From Octopus vulgaris (Eukaryota), in contig OX597817.1 of assembly GCA_951406725.2 (NCBI GenBank), positions 117,366,001 through 117,430,000 on the forward strand: 64,000 nt of DNA. Reading direction: 5' to 3'. The translations under genes and the position numbers were made by a program. The stretch's first letter is position 1; the number at the start of each line of letters is the position of its first letter. Below, piece by piece: positions 12,699 to 27,323 of the stretch. The notes below the pieces were generated by a model. The model was not told where the DNA came from. It made no database searches and saw nothing but the letters and a program-made list of their open reading frames with translations.

Positions 12699-13160
12699 AA
12701 CTTGTTTCAAAACTCTGAGCAAGAGATATGCAGTAACAGGACTGAATAGTAAAGTTTATTTGCCAACATAATGTGGCAGTCCTATGAAAGGACGATGTTA
12801 CTGTCTTTTATCTCCAGTTTGTACCCATGTAGTATATGCGAGGGAGGTCATTGGTCCCATCTCTAGCCTTGTGCAATACTCACAGACCTAGGTTTCTGGG
12901 TAGTTACCTGTCCTTAGTGTGAGACAATCACTAGCTAGTGATGACGGTTATACAGGCACAAACTGTGTGTCCGTAGCCAACTGGAAACAATGTTTTCCTG
13001 GGTCTAAAAGACAGTAACATCGTCCTTGTATAGGACTGCCACATTACGTTGGCAAATAAACTTTACTATTCAGCACTGTTATTGCATGTCTCTCACTCAG
13101 AGATTTAAAACAGGTTGTTTTTTCTCTTTATGAGATCAGCGATTGTGTGTCACTTAAAAA
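12699..13160. mobile_element. Fold-back PLE-type insert next to (TA)n; same family as 39553-39852
   Basis: 12699-~12815 is the inverted copy of ~12998-13116. The spacer holds a hammerhead motif, and a further partial copy lies at 13185-13272. Confidence 0.7.
12871..12931 (-). ncRNA. Minimal type-I hammerhead ribozyme, core-mutated (G5A)
   Basis: Minus strand: ctcaca-CTAAGGA-caggtaactaccca-GAAAC-ctag-GTC-tgtgag. Stem I (ctcaca/tgtgag) is perfect and the stem-III loop is palindromic. Confidence 0.65.
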
Positions 13161-16100
13161 ATATATAGTATTTATTAGTGGAGAGAACCTTCATCATTAG
13201 CTGGTGATCAGCTGGAACCCTAGGTCTGTGAGTATCACATTAGGCTAGAGATGGGGGCAATGCATATACTATACTCTAATTACAGACAATGAAGGAGCAT
13301 CTACATGGCTGCTTGACCTGCCAAATAATAACCAAATTTCTCTTAAATTACATTGTCATTTTAAGAAAAGATACAATGGACAATGTCAACATAGACTAAA
13401 AGATAAGATAGTAGTGCAGGGAATGCCATTGATCATACTTCAGCTTGGTCAGAGCTATGATCAAATGGGTTGAATAATTCTTTTCAAAAGTCCCAAGGGC
13501 TGACATTTTGGAAAAGAGGACTAGTAGGTTTCATTGACTCCATTGAGTATTTATTTTATCAACCCTGAAAGAATGAAAGACAAAGCTGATCTTGATAGAA
13601 TTTGAAAGCAAAATGTAAAGCTGGAAGAAATGCTGCTAATCATTTTGCTAATCAGTGTGCCTAATCAGGGCCAAATAATAAGAAAAGAAAGTCAAGTCAC
13701 AAAGAAAACTATGTGAGTTATCTGACATGTTAAAAATAACAGCCAAATTTCTTTCCCTTCATGTACTGATGTATTAGAGAAAGTTTGCACTTGATGATAT
13801 AGAAGTTAGAAATATGTAGTTAGAAAAAAATGAGATTGTCATAGCTGGAATGTCACTGATAATAGGGCTATACAAACAGAGCTTATCTGGATCTGATAAA
13901 ATGTTTCTCCAACTTTTGATAACTTCCATGTAAATCACATCAAATCGTTATTTTATAAACAGAATTTTCTTAAACAAATTTACAATGCCTAAAGTGGCTA
14001 TTCAAAACATCCAACTTTTTAGGCAACGCTATAATGGCCCCTATTCTTTTGGTGCCATGTTTTGTTATAGTTTGCATAAAAACTGCAATGAAGTGCTACG
14101 TTATACACAATTGTGTTCTATATTCATTTGTTATAATTCAGCTTATAATTCCATGTAGAAGAATTTTTCTGTATTGATATAGTTTCAAGAACCATTGCTG
14201 ATCTTGTTCCTCTCAATATGCATTGTGAATAGACTGAAGTTTTGACAATAGTTCCTTTCCTTCCTTTTTCTTACAGTCCATTAGCAGTTCAGAAATTACT
14301 CCATAATCCTGTCAGAGAACAATCTCGAACATTTGACAGTTTGAAATTCGTAAATAATTGTGCTGTTTAAAATCATTGAAAAGAAAAATTTACAGCTAAT
14401 ACATACATGATAAACTCAACTGAATATTAACTGAATTCTCTAATCATAAAGTCATTGAATAATGGTTCCCAACAGAATCATAATATATTTCATTGTATCT
14501 AGAGGATTGCATAGTGAAATGTATTAATCAAAGTCAAACTTTTACACAAATATTTTGTTGCATGTCTCTCTAAACATTAGCTTCATATAACAATAATATC
14601 AATAAGGTAATCCAACCATAAATATCTAAATACAATCAACAACTATTTAAATTTCTGTTAAGAACTCTATCTGCTGGGAATTGCAAACATTACTCGATAG
14701 GTTTCAACTTAAAAATGTATTATGGTTGCTTATGTGTACATATTATAAACACTAAATACTCTATTAACCCTTTTGATACCAACTCACCTGAGACTGCTCC
14801 TGGTTCTATAATAGAAAGCCATCTATTTTAAAGTGTTTATATTTAAATGCTCTATACTCATTTTATGTAAGAACCATTCTTTTTCTAAACACAATTTTGA
14901 TATTCAAACAATTAGTTATTTTTAATCATCTTCAAAATTATCTAAAACACAAAGATAGTGTATTTCATTAAACATACAATTAAAATTTCTGAATTGTAGC
15001 AGAGGAGGTAAACACTTTAGCTAAATACACTAAGGACTTCTTGAATGTTTGAATTATTTACAGTGCAGTTTTAGACTTTAGTATGGTTGTTAGATCTATT
15101 TTCTTTTCTAGGCTGCTTTCATACTAGGTAAGATGCTAGATTGCACTAATTAACAATAATCACTCTGTGGTCCGTTTGATTTTCCAGATATTTTATCTGC
15201 TACCACGTTATATTTACATATGTGCATTCAATAAATTAATATTGCACAGGGCATATGAATAATTTGTATATGATGAATATTCATTGATTGACAGTACTAA
15301 TTAAGATCTGTGAACAAGAGAAAAAGATGAGAGATGGTAAATGACTGACCTGTACAAATCCTGAAGTAGCTCCCATTTCAGGTGAATTTGCCAGGAGAAT
15401 TGTTGAGAGTGATGGAAGACTACCATATGGGTGCAGGGAAAGCAGCATGACCCATTTAGTCCTAGGCAAACTTTGCTCTAACTTGAATTTTTTCTGCCTT
15501 TAAATAGCTGTCAGCCTAGAAGGTTCTAGAATTTGTTTAGTACGAAAACCTGTAGTTGTTGCTCTGAGCCACAAATAAATCAGCCAGTGTTCAATTGTCA
15601 AACCATATTTGCATAAATGTTAACACCTTTTATGGCACCAGTTTTTATATTTTATGGAAATATTTTGTGTTTTGATTCTAGATTGGGAAAATTGGAGAAC
15701 TATGGTTCATTGTCTCTGCTGAGTTCTTGCTACAATTCTTTTTCTATATTATATTTGTAACTTCATTGTTTTCAGGCAATAGGGTTTTGTATAGGTGTTG
15801 AAATACAGATTTTGTAAAATCAACTGTATTTATCTAATTATTATTAGTGCAACCTGTGGAAGTTAAGTAACAGTCTTCATATCTAGACTGATTATAGTAA
15901 ATACTATGTGCTTGCTAGATGCCATGCTATCAAAAATTTCTTTAATTCAAAACAAGACAGTACCCTTTTTACAATTATTACATAAATAAATGTAGTTTAT
16001 GGAATTCTAATCTAATGAGCTACAAATTATTAACTCAAGTAACACCATTTTGTTGCTCATTTGTCATATTGTCTTTTGTGTTTGATCAATCCTGATTAAA

Positions 16101-16700
16101 CAGACATATGACCAAACATGTTCAGGCATTGATGATGCAATCTTTATATATGTAGAACTACATGATCGAATGTTTACCTCCATTTTTTTTTAAATGGCAG
16201 TGTATAACTTGACAAAGATATGGCTACTATTCCTAACAACTGAATTGTACACTACATCGATACACTTTCAGTGGCTTGTTTCAAATCCTAGTTATATATG
16301 GTATAATATTCACACAAGAAGCACATAAATGAAATGAGTCAATAAAGAAGCTTCTATATGGTTACTCAATGTTCTAGAAATGACAGCTAAATCATCTTTC
16401 AATCACACCTTACATTCTCCTTAAAATGGATACTTTGAATAATGTACTCCTAGTTACACTGCAAATGAATAAAAAATAGAATGGCCAATACTAGTGAGAC
16501 TTAGCCCATAGGTCAACATTATTAGAGCTAACCTGCAGTTAAACCAAAACAATAACTTATATGAAAATAAAGAGAGTAAAAGCTGTTATTTAATGGCATT
16601 AAAGAATATGAATGTATGAATAATATATATAAACATATCGTATATTATAGGAAAAACACAAATCTATCTATCTAATTTCATCTATATATATATCTATATA

Positions 16701-16752
<52 letters not shown>

Positions 16753-16799
16753 CTATTGTATGTATGTATACATACATACATACATATATATATATATGT

Positions 16800-16852
<53 letters not shown>

Positions 16853-17562
16853 GTTTCTAAATTATATCAAACAAACTTAATCAATCTTACATAATGTGAA
16901 TTAACATCTTGCAAATAAAAAGAAAAATAATTATTCTACTCTAAATATATTATTGATCACTCCTTTAACAACATGGAATAATTATTCATTAAAATTAAAG
17001 CTTGATCATCGTTTATAATAATATAAACTTTTATAAAAACAACATAAGAATTCTCATATGATTCAGTGCAGTAGATTAATTGATTGTTCCATTAATTTGT
17101 CTTGATCACTGGTGTACTGTCAGATTACACAGCCATGAATTTGACTGCCATCTCAAATCAGAGGAACAGTAACTGTCATACTTTGAAGGGATCCTCTTTC
17201 CTCACTTCTACTCTTGCTTTTACCAAAATCTGTGGAAGTCACTGCGACAGTCATAAGCAAATTGCAGCCTGCAGTGCTTTCTGAATGACATGCCTAATGC
17301 AAAGTTGCTTTAAATTTTTTTAGTAGTGTGGTATACCTGATGATGGCCATGTTTCATGTGGCTCATTTCTCCTAAACTTTTCCCATGCCTCTTCTATGAG
17401 GTTGACCAAACTGCAAGAAATAGTAGGCAAGTCTTCCATATAAACAAACTACTTAAAAAGAAAAAAGAAATAAGAAAAGGTGATAGGATTCTTACAACTG
17501 GAATACTTTTGATCTTAGAAGTACTTGATCCAGGCTCACTTGGAGCTAAACTACAACTGATA

Positions 17563-18445
17563 TATTGGGTCATCCCACAAATAATACGTTTTTTATACTT
17601 CTTTTATTTTCAAAATTAAGATAAACAAAGTTAATTTTTAATCTAAAATATACTCTCTTTCCCTCTTCCAAAATTCACTTGTTCTTGATGAAAAATACAC
17701 CTCCAGTACTGTTCTGACTTTATCTACTGAATTCATATTTTTCCTGCCCAAATGAGTTTGAAGACTGTGGAATAAATAATAATGAGATGGGACAATGTCT
17801 AGCAAATATGGGGGTAGGGGTTGGAGAATTGTTTCCCTTTGAAACTTCTCCAGCCTTTGGGATGTTATCTTTACTGTATGTGGCCAAGCATTATCCTGAT
17901 GGAAGAACACCTTTCGTCTTGAATCCAAAGATGGTCGTTTTTCTTCTAGTGCTGACTTGAATGACAGTTTGAATGGTCAAATCCAGTCTTTTCTGCTAGT
18001 TCCTCAACAGCTACAATGAGATTTTGTTCCACCAGGGTTTGCAAGATGTCCTTGTTGAGCTCTGCAGATCTTCCAGGACAAGATTCGTCTTCTAAGCTGT
18101 AGTTTCTGGCTTGGAATTTCTGGAACTACCATTGACACTGGTTTACTCTTATTCTCTGATCCCCATATACTGCATTTATATTCTTCGCATTTTATGTTGC
18201 ATTGTTGCCTTTATTGAACTCATAAATCAAAATATGCCGAATATGCTCCTTTGTCACCTCCATTATAACTTAGAAAAATAACTGTTAAAATCGAACTGCA
18301 CTCTTCAAAACATGCACTAAGAATAATTACAAAGTAAAATAACTAACTGCTTTTATAGCAAGTTGATGCAGGTAGTTTATCCCGTCCCCCTCCAACTTTT
18401 AGTTCATGCAATTGAAAAAACTGTATTATTTATGGAATGACCCAA
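17563..18445 (-). mobile_element. Decayed mariner transposon with both TIRs, internally deleted
   Basis: ORF 17638-17928 contains VFFHQDNAWPH...PPYLLDIVPSHYYLFHSL (mariner DNA..H and YSPDLAPSDY motifs). The TIRs read ttgggtcatcccacaaataata and tattatttatggaatgacccaa. Confidence 0.9.
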
Positions 18446-19788
18446 AGCAAATAAATAATTTTGTCTGCTAGATACAGTAATCAAACTTCCCTTAAATTAG
18501 TCACTATTTTGTTGAAAAAGAGGGTCATGTTTAGATATTCCTAAAATAGATGGGATAGTGATAAGTCTGCATGGTTCAAATGAATTTAAGGCAGGAAGGA
18601 TTGCACAATGTTAGTATTAGTCACTTGTCTGTGCCTTCCTTGATCCAGAGGCAAGATGAAGTAGCAATAGTCATTAATAGCTGTAGTCAGCCTGAATGTC
18701 TATAGCATCTTATCATTCCCATAGTATTCTATAATACTTGCTAAAACTGCCTTTTCAACCATTTGATCCACTACTGTTGTTGGTCTATTAATTTATCAGA
18801 ATCATTTATCATGATGATGATGATGATGATTTATCATGTGCCAAAGAAGACATACCTAACTCACTAAGGATTCTAGATCATAATTTAGTTTCCATGTTTA
18901 AGTTACTTGGTGGAGGTGTGGCTACCTTATATATTACAGCAGGAACAGTTAACTTTTTTGAGAAGCAGACTTCATGAGACCTAGCACATCGTCAGATGGG
19001 CTGCATTACCAGAGACAAATTGAAGATAATTTTTTGTTAGTCATGCCATTCAGAAAGTCCTGTAGGTTGCAGTTTGCCCATGACTATATTACAAGATTTT
19101 CAAACCGGTTTTGAGAGGTTAACAAGAAGTAGGGACAAAAGTGTATACAATCTGGTTCTGATGGAACACTACAAAGTTTCCTTCCATATATTCTTCCCTC
19201 ATTTCCTTGCAACCTGAACATCCATACATAACAGTGAGATGGACTTAATCACACACACAGAGACACGGAGGCGAATGAATTCTTGATGAATTAAAGAGGA
19301 GAAACAAAAAATATAATTCAAATGGCTGATGAAGCTTTATTATCTTCCTTGTTTGTAATTATAATTTGAACTGCTTGTTAAAAATTGACAGCTCAGTAAG
19401 TTGTATTTGGTTGAAAACTATATAATCAAGAAATATAATTTTCAGAGGGAGTGGGTGAATCCAATTTACTGAAAGCTATTGGAAATAATATGAAGCAATT
19501 ATTGTTAAAAATGTAAGTATAGAATTCAGACAAATTGAAACTGACAACTAGTCGTTTTCAACTAGTTTATTGCAATATGAGTGAGAAACCATTAAGTTTA
19601 AAATGTTTCATGTTTGGAAGTTTGTAGAATTATCATTGAGATAATATGAAATTACCAACTTTTGTCAACTTTAGTTAATAAATTCTATTATAATGGTTAA
19701 TGACTTCCATTGATTTTTATTCCTTGTAAAGACATCTTTAATCATCTTACATTTTATATAGTATTAATTGTTATTATTATTATTATTA

Positions 19789-19822
<34 letters not shown>

Positions 19823-20033
19823 AGGCATTGAGCTGGTTGAATTGTTAGTACACCAGGCAAAATGCTTAGCATCTTTTCATTCGTTTTTATGTTCTGAGTT
19901 CAAATGTTGCCAAGGTCAACTTTACCTTTCATCCTTTCAGGGTCAATAATATAAGTACCCATTGAGCTCCAGGGTTGATGTATTTGACTTGCCTCCTACC
20001 CTGAAATTGCTGACCTTGTGTCAAATTTTGAAA

Positions 20034-20104
<71 letters not shown>

Positions 20105-20107
<3 letters not shown>

Positions 20108-20930
20108 TAGTTTTATTTTTATAGCGTGCTTTCACTTCACTACCGAGCACAGCTCTGTGTGCCTTGGGTATGTGCTGTGATTTGTTGTGATGCTCTGATG
20201 GTTATTGTATGGAAAGTGTTCTGCGTAGGATGTGTGCAGTGCCTAGTAGTGCAATTTTCTGTATGTTATATGAGTTTGTAAGACCTGGTGTTTTTGTTAT
20301 GTATTTGTCTGAATATTTCTTTATCATGCCTAATGCACTACTATGATAGGAATTGTTTCTGTTTTCAGATTCCACATTCTAGTTACCTCTATTTCCAGGT
20401 CTTTGTATTTTGAGAGTTTCTCCATTTCTTTTAGAGACACGTTGTCATCAGCCGGTATTGATACATCAATTAGAAAGCATTTTTTTCTTCATGATCTCTG
20501 ACAACTATATCTGGTCTGTTGGCCTTAATTTCTCTATCTGTGTGTATCGGCATATCCCAGAGTATGGTTGCTTTCTCGTTTTCTGTGACCTTTTCTGGTG
20601 TGTGCCTATACCATCTTTTTTCTGTTGTTATTCCATAATGTTGGCATAGCTTCCAATGTATGTAGGTTCCAACTCTGTCATGTCTGTGAATATATTCCTT
20701 CTTAGCCAGGACTGGGCAGCTAGAGATAATATGATTTATTGTTTCTTGTCCATCTCCACATATTCTGCAGTTACTTGTAATATTTCTTTTCATTACATGT
20801 TTTTGGTAATTTCTGGTGGGGAGGCTTTGGTCTTGTGCTGCAATTAAAAATCCCTCTGTGTCTGCTTTGAGTCCTGAGCTTCTCAACCATTGCTGGGATT
20901 TTTCTTTGTCTATTTCTTTTGCGTTTAGTT
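20105..20930 (-). mobile_element. 5'-truncated Dong/R4-clade non-LTR retrotransposon (CCHC + REL endonuclease) in (TAA)n
   Basis: ORF 20470-20949 contains CRICG..ETINHIISSC, RHD and NRPDIVV. After a frameshift it continues LIDVSIP...KLSKYKDL. The 3' end abuts (TAA)n, the known Dong target. Confidence 0.9.
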
Positions 20931-20969
20931 TTGCCTGGTGTACTAACAATTCAGCCAGCTCAATCCCTT

Positions 20970-21004
<35 letters not shown>

Positions 21005-21028
21005 CAACAACAATTAATACTAGATAAA

Positions 21029-21082
<54 letters not shown>

Positions 21083-21589
21083 TACCATACATGCATGGAT
21101 GTGAGGTAAAAAGTTTACTTACCTTGTGCCTAAATGACAGACAAGATTATTATTGTTGTTGTTGTTGTTGTTGTTGCCTTTTACTAAGTTACTACAATGA
21201 CATAATTTTGTTTCCTAAGCAAGACTAAATGGATGTGAATTTGTGCATGTATTTATTTTCAACCCTAATAAATAATTGTTCAGCTGTCAACTTTGTGGCC
21301 TTATGCAAATGAGCTTGCACATGGAAACGTACTTATTTACATTTTAATAAGTAGCTTTCAGTTATCATAATTGGCTGTTTCAAAATAAGAGATGAATGAA
21401 TTCTGCTTAATTGTTAAATAATAAGGAAACCAGTAAGTTTCATGTCCATCACAAGCCACTAGAAAGCACCTTTTGAACCTAATTTCTCAGCAAGATTAAT
21501 CACATATGGCTGTGAATCCATACATTTATTTACTTAAAAGTTCTGTTGCTGAAAATTGCATTTTCCTCTAATTATTAAAAGAAATATTA

Positions 21590-21631
<42 letters not shown>

Positions 21632-22049
21632 TATGAGTTAATGCTTCCTGCTGGCATGAGATATGTTTTACACAAGGCTGCATCATGATCCATGTCAACT
21701 TTGCCATAGTTTCTACAGTTGGATGTCCTTTCTAATGCCAACCACTTTACAATATATATTGGGTGCTTTTTGCAGGCCACAAGCATTAGTGGGGTTTCCA
21801 GGCAACTTACAAGACAGGAAAAGACAAGAAAAGGGGAAAGGGGAAACAAGAAAGACTCTATTAGCTAAGTGGTTGCAATGAGGATATATGAGAAGGTGGA
21901 GAGGTGATTTTTATACCAGAATCATGCAGAGGTGCCTTTCTGTAGAGAACATACACGGCATCCAAGCACTTGTCTACTGAATACCTTTTTACTCCTATTT
22001 GCAATCATAGTTTTGATGAGAAATCATATGAGTTTTCTGTCTTATCTCC

Positions 22050-22440
22050 ATCATCATCATCATCATCGTTTAACATCCGTTTTCCATGCTATCATGGGTA
22101 GGACGGTTTGACCGGGGTCTGGGAAACCAGGAGGCTGCACCAGGCTCCAGTCTGATCTGGCAGTGTTTCTACAGCTGGATGCCCTTCCTAACGCCAACCA
22201 CTCCATGAGTGTAGTGGGTGCTTTTTACATGCCACCAGCACAGGTGCCAGGGGAGGCTGGCAGTGGCCACGATCAGTTGCTGCTTTTTACATGCCACTGG
22301 CACAGAAGCCAGTAAAGGTGGTGCTGGCATCGACCACATTTGGATGCTGCTTTTTACATGCCACTGGCACAAAAAAGAAAAAAAAAGCACCATCAGAACA
22401 TGGCTGATGCCAGCGCTGCCTATGCAGCATAATCTTCTCC
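22050..22440 (-). mobile_element. RTE-LINE 3' UTR/tail fragment ending in (GAT)n (family C); others at ~11460, 21590, 36600, 46430 and 47785
   Basis: Matches the 3' UTR attached to the RTE ORF remnants at 60490-61040 and 31290-31810. Confidence 0.8.
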
Positions 22441-23639
22441 AAGTGCCCAATAATTTTTAACAGCTGATTTCACATTTTCTTTATCATAATAATGATTTCT
22501 AATATTGGTACATGGCCTTATATTCCCCATGGTGAGATGGAGTACAGTCAATTCTATTGACTCTATTATTTTCACTCATGCTTAATCAGTTGTGAAATGG
22601 TATAAGGTAAAGTTACATTTCGCAGTATTTGAACTTAAGAATGTAAAAGGCCATGACTAACTATAGCATGGTGCTTTATCTAATATGCTAATGATTCTGC
22701 TAATGCACCATCTTATGTTAGTCAAATTATCAACACCTTGTAAAGACAAACAGCTAGTGGTGGTGCATTATACACATTACACAAATACATCTGCATGAAA
22801 CATCAATACCAATATAAATACTCTCATGTATATCAAACAATATTTTTAACTGAGTTAACAAAAGAGCTTCTAGGTGGTTGATCAACCTGCTAAAAGTTAC
22901 AGTCAAAATTCCCTCAAACTACATCCAGCTAGCTATCTTAAAAGTGAACTCACTGGATAATATATCCATCTTCTCTGCTCAGCATTCATATGAGTGTCAT
23001 AAGGGAATTAGAATCCTCAGTCACCTCCTCCATAGAGTCCTTTCAGAAGCTACTTCCTGGCTGGATTGCCAAGCATTACCAACTGAATCAATGGATATTA
23101 TCAAGCTGTCTCATTCTTGGACTATCCTTCTGGCTGGCTCAACTTGAAGAATTTGTCATGTGATTCTTTCCTGATACATTCTAATCATTGGATAATATAT
23201 CCAGAAATACAATAATTACGGTCATGGATGTATGTAATGTCTTTGATCATGAGAATTTTTGGTTATGTTCAAGTTGATGCTAAACAGCAACAGCTACAGC
23301 AATAAATTTTAAGTTTTAACTAACTTGTCATTCTCATCTCATCTCATCTGCATTCAGTCTTCCTTCTCAACATAAAAATATTGTAGTCAACTTGTAACTA
23401 TTCAAAATATCAATTTTGAGGCATTGAAACATGATAATCGATGAGTTGTGATTTGAGGAGGACAGTAATGAGCAGCAGAATGGTAATGATACAGTTGACA
23501 GGAAGAGGAGGAGGAGAGAAATATGACAAGGTGGAGTAGACTGAGGGAGTAGTGGAAAGGAGATAGGCATAGTGCAACTGCCTTACTAGGAAAATAGTAT
23601 CCGTAGTCCTCTTCTCTGGAACAAAACCAAATTATATCT

Positions 23640-24170
23640 CATAGTTTTGTAACTTGATACCCCTGTAATTACCTCTATGTAAGGTATCCTCATTACTCTT
23701 GTAACAGCAGCTACCCTAATCATTGGGTATAACACCCTTCTGTACAACCTGATTGGTTGAACAGAGAACTAGGCCATATCCTACTTAGCCAGATATTTTA
23801 AGCATCTTATAGTGATTCATGATGGACCAGTAGTTTTCCCTGTCTTCATATCATTGATTACTTTAACATACTACTGTTAACTTGTATGGTTGTGCCCTCT
23901 GTTGGGTTCACATTGAGAAAACCTTTCTCCCAAGCATTCTCTCCATTTAGTTGCCTTTCATAGTGGCAGATTCTCTTTCCTTTTAGAATTAATAAATGGA
24001 ATGGCACACTTTTCACACACATCTTGATTCTCACTAATACACTCTCTTGCAGTCCAGAACACCGCACGCCTCTGATCTTCAAGCTATAAAAATTGGCAAA
24101 TTACCTAATACCTGCTTGTCACTTCTCTAAGTAAACCTGGTGCCTGGTATTATCAGCAGCCTCTAGACCA
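23640..24170 (-). mobile_element. Decayed RTE-clade LINE ORF fragment (start of RT)
   Basis: Piecing minus-strand frames gives HYERQLNGENAWEK...MKTGKTTGPS...NQVVQKGVIPND...RGNYRGIKL, typical of the KAxGPxG...IPxDW...NYRGIKL region. Confidence 0.75.
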
Positions 24171-24394
24171 AAATGGTCAACTGTCCATAAAAAGTAAATT
24201 CTGTCTTTATGTGGCATGAAATTTTTTAAATGTTGCTTAACAAATATTGACTTATAATCATTCAATGTGTGTATACATTTTTGGGGCACATTGTATATAT
24301 GTACATATGTATGAGTATGTGTGTGTGTGTGCATGTGCCTGTGTGTGTACATATATGTGTGTGTACACATAGACAAACACACACACACATACAC

Positions 24395-24453
<59 letters not shown>

Positions 24454-24655
24454 TATGTGTGTGTTTATATATATTTATATTCATATACAAGAGTGACTAG
24501 ACAAACAAAATAAAGAGGCATATCTGGTAGGAGTTAGATATCTTATTTAAAAACAGTATACAGATAGTGAGAAAGAGAGAGATAAACATACAAAAGAAAG
24601 TTCCTCTCAATACATCAAGTTTTGGTTGTATTACAGGTTGACTACTATATATATA

Positions 24656-24940
24656 TATCTGTAATATAATATGTGACAATTATTCAGTTGCCATAATAAG
24701 ACTCCAAGTTTTGGATATTGGGGTGGGAAACTACTCCAGCATCTAAGTTATCAAGGCAATCAAAAAATGATTGCCTTGATAACTGATGAGATGCTGGAGC
24801 AGTTTTTCCGCCCTGACATCTGAAACTTGGAGTCTTATGGCAACTGAATAATTGTCACATATTAGATTACAGATAAATTCCTCTATTAACATATCAAGGT
24901 CTCATTCATTCTTTTGTTGCCTTACCATTATTATTAATAT
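24656..24940 (+). mobile_element. Fold-back PLE-type insert in (TA)n
   Basis: A near-perfect palindrome spans 24656-24875, centred on gcaatca-aaaaa-tgattgc, with a unique tail to ~24940. Confidence 0.75.
24772..24843 (+). ncRNA. Type-I hammerhead ribozyme with intact core
   Basis: tgccttgataa-CTGATGA-gatg...catct-GAAAC-ttgga-GTC-ttatggca. Stem I is ataa/ttat plus tgcc/ggca; stem II is gatg/catc. Confidence 0.75.
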
Positions 24941-25220
24941 ATGCATGTACATATATATATATATTATTCTTTTATTCATTTGCTTATTTCAATCATTTGG
25001 CTGTGGCCATGCAGGAGCACCACCTTTAGTTGAGCAAATAAACTACAGGACTTATTCTTTGTATGCCTAATACATATTCTATTGGTCTCTTTTGCCAAAC
25101 TGCTAAGTTACAGGGTTTTAAACACACCAGCATCATTTGTCAAGTGATGTTGGGGCACAAACACAAACACACAAACATATACACACACATACATATATAC
25201 ATACATACATATATACATAC

Positions 25221-25251
<31 letters not shown>

Positions 25252-25301
25252 CCTATATGCATATATATACATATATATATACATATATATATATTTATAT
25301 A

Positions 25302-25333
<32 letters not shown>

Positions 25334-25541
25334 CATATATACGTATATATATACATGATGGGCTTCTTTCAGTTTCCATCTACCAAATACATGCATAAAG
25401 TTGTGGTCAGCCTGAGACTATAGTAGGAGACACTTGCCTAAAGTGCCACGCAGTGGGACTGAACCTGGAAGCATGTGGTTGTTAAGTAAGCAATACACAG
25501 CCACTCCTGCACCTATATATATATGTGTGTGTGTGTGTATA

Positions 25542-25575
<34 letters not shown>

Positions 25576-25842
25576 AATTATAACAATAATGGTAAAAAAT
25601 TAAATATTAATTTGATTAATATCAATTTCAACCAGTGACCTAGTATATTGATAAAAAAATGTGAAAATTCAGAAAAATTATATTACATACATATAAGTGG
25701 GATGACCACTATGTGAACATCCAATATGCTAGATGTAGACCCCATATGGTCTGACTAATAAGAAACGATTGTTCTCAAGAAAATTCAGCAAACGCCAGAA
25801 TGTAAGCGACCAAGATAAATGAAAAGATACAAAATAAGGATT

Positions 25843-25915
25843 TGTCTCATACCAGGTTTCATTGTTACCACTTACATAATTATATATGTAAATGTTTGCA
25901 ATTCATCATTGTAAC
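25843..25915 (-). ncRNA. Decayed hammerhead motif in a (TA)n-flanked insert (~25575-26123)
   Basis: Minus strand: ca-ATGATGA-attg...caat-GAAAC-ctg-GTA-tg. C3 is mutated; stem II is long, with catttacat/atgtaagtg. Confidence 0.5.
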
Positions 25916-26284
25916 TGTCATAGCAAAATATAATTTGCAGAACTATACAAGACGTCCACAGGAGATTGAACAGGCATATAGTTTTACGAATTATATTTGG
26001 GGTTATATTTCAAATGTTTTCGTTTTGGTGTGCCACAAACCTGGAAATAATTCTGCAGAAATAATTTTCTGCAGTGAATTCTGCCGGTTAGAGAACATGG
26101 TTATTTAAATTTATGCTTGGCGATATATATATACATATATATATCTATATATATATATCTATATATATGTATGTATATATATACACACACACATACATAT
26201 AAAGTAGCTTGCTACAGAAACCACTAAAATAAATCGAAGAAAATCTTGTCAATCAGAACCAGACATTGATGGATTAATATACAG

Positions 26285-26610
26285 TACAGCATGAGAAAGA
26301 CTCAGGTTTCTCTTATACAATTAGTACAAAGCTAGACTTCCATCAGTGAAGTTTTAGCTGGAAGCATATTCAATATAAGTAACCCGTGACTCTTAAATAC
26401 TGTCATTCCATCTGGTAGATATATCAGTCATGTCTCCATCAAATTGCATTCAGCAATTTTTTAAAACAAGCACATAAAATCTTGGTTGAATACCTCTTTT
26501 TTGCTGTTTGGTCACTTCTGGTCTGGGACTCAAAGAACAACATTAATTATATCCTTTCTTCATCCGATGGCTGATCTTTAGCACATTCCTGCAACACTCT
26601 GGAAATGAGA
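26285..26610 (-). mobile_element. Possible highly decayed non-LTR (REL-type) fragment
   Basis: A minus-strand CCHC-like remnant, pieced across frames (LNMLP...WKSSFVL/CTNCIRE/PESFSHAVL). Confidence 0.3.
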
Positions 26611-27237
26611 CCTTTTACATATTTGTTTTTTTTTACTTATTTCAGTTATTGGACTTCTGCCATGCTTAGGCACTGCATTGAATGGTTTCATCAAACACAT
26701 AGACACCAATACTTATTCCTCAAACCTGGTACTTAATCTATCAGTTTCTCTTGCTGCACTGTTAAACTGCAAGGATGTAAACAAACCAGCATTGGTTAAC
26801 AAGTTGTGACAAGGACAGACGGACACACACACACACACACGCCCACACACACACACTCACACACTCACACATATATATCTATAGATATAGATTTTGGGGT
26901 TCAGTCTTACTGCATTGCAGTTTGGGCAAGTACCTTCTCTTCAAGCCTCTAGCCAACCAAAGCCTTGTGAGTGGAGTTGATAGACAGAAACTAAAAGAAG
27001 CCCATCATATATATATATATATATAAATATATATGCATGTATTTATGTATGTATGTATATGTTTATGTGTGTATATGTTTATGTTGGTGTGTTTCTGTCC
27101 CCAAAAGCAAGCAGTTTGGTAAACAGATTAAGAAAAATAAGTACCAGGCTTACAAAGAATAAGTCTTGCAGTTGCTTTCTTTGAATAAAGGCAGTGCTCC
27201 AGCATGGCCACAGTCAATGACTGAAACAAGCAAAATA

Positions 27238-27269
<32 letters not shown>

Positions 27270-27282
27270 GTGCGTGTATATG

Positions 27283-27323
<41 letters not shown>

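Noticed and set aside
20470-20949. 159-aa ORF as a host gene
   Set aside because: It is a frameshifted retrotransposon endonuclease fragment, and its first residues come from the inverted flank.
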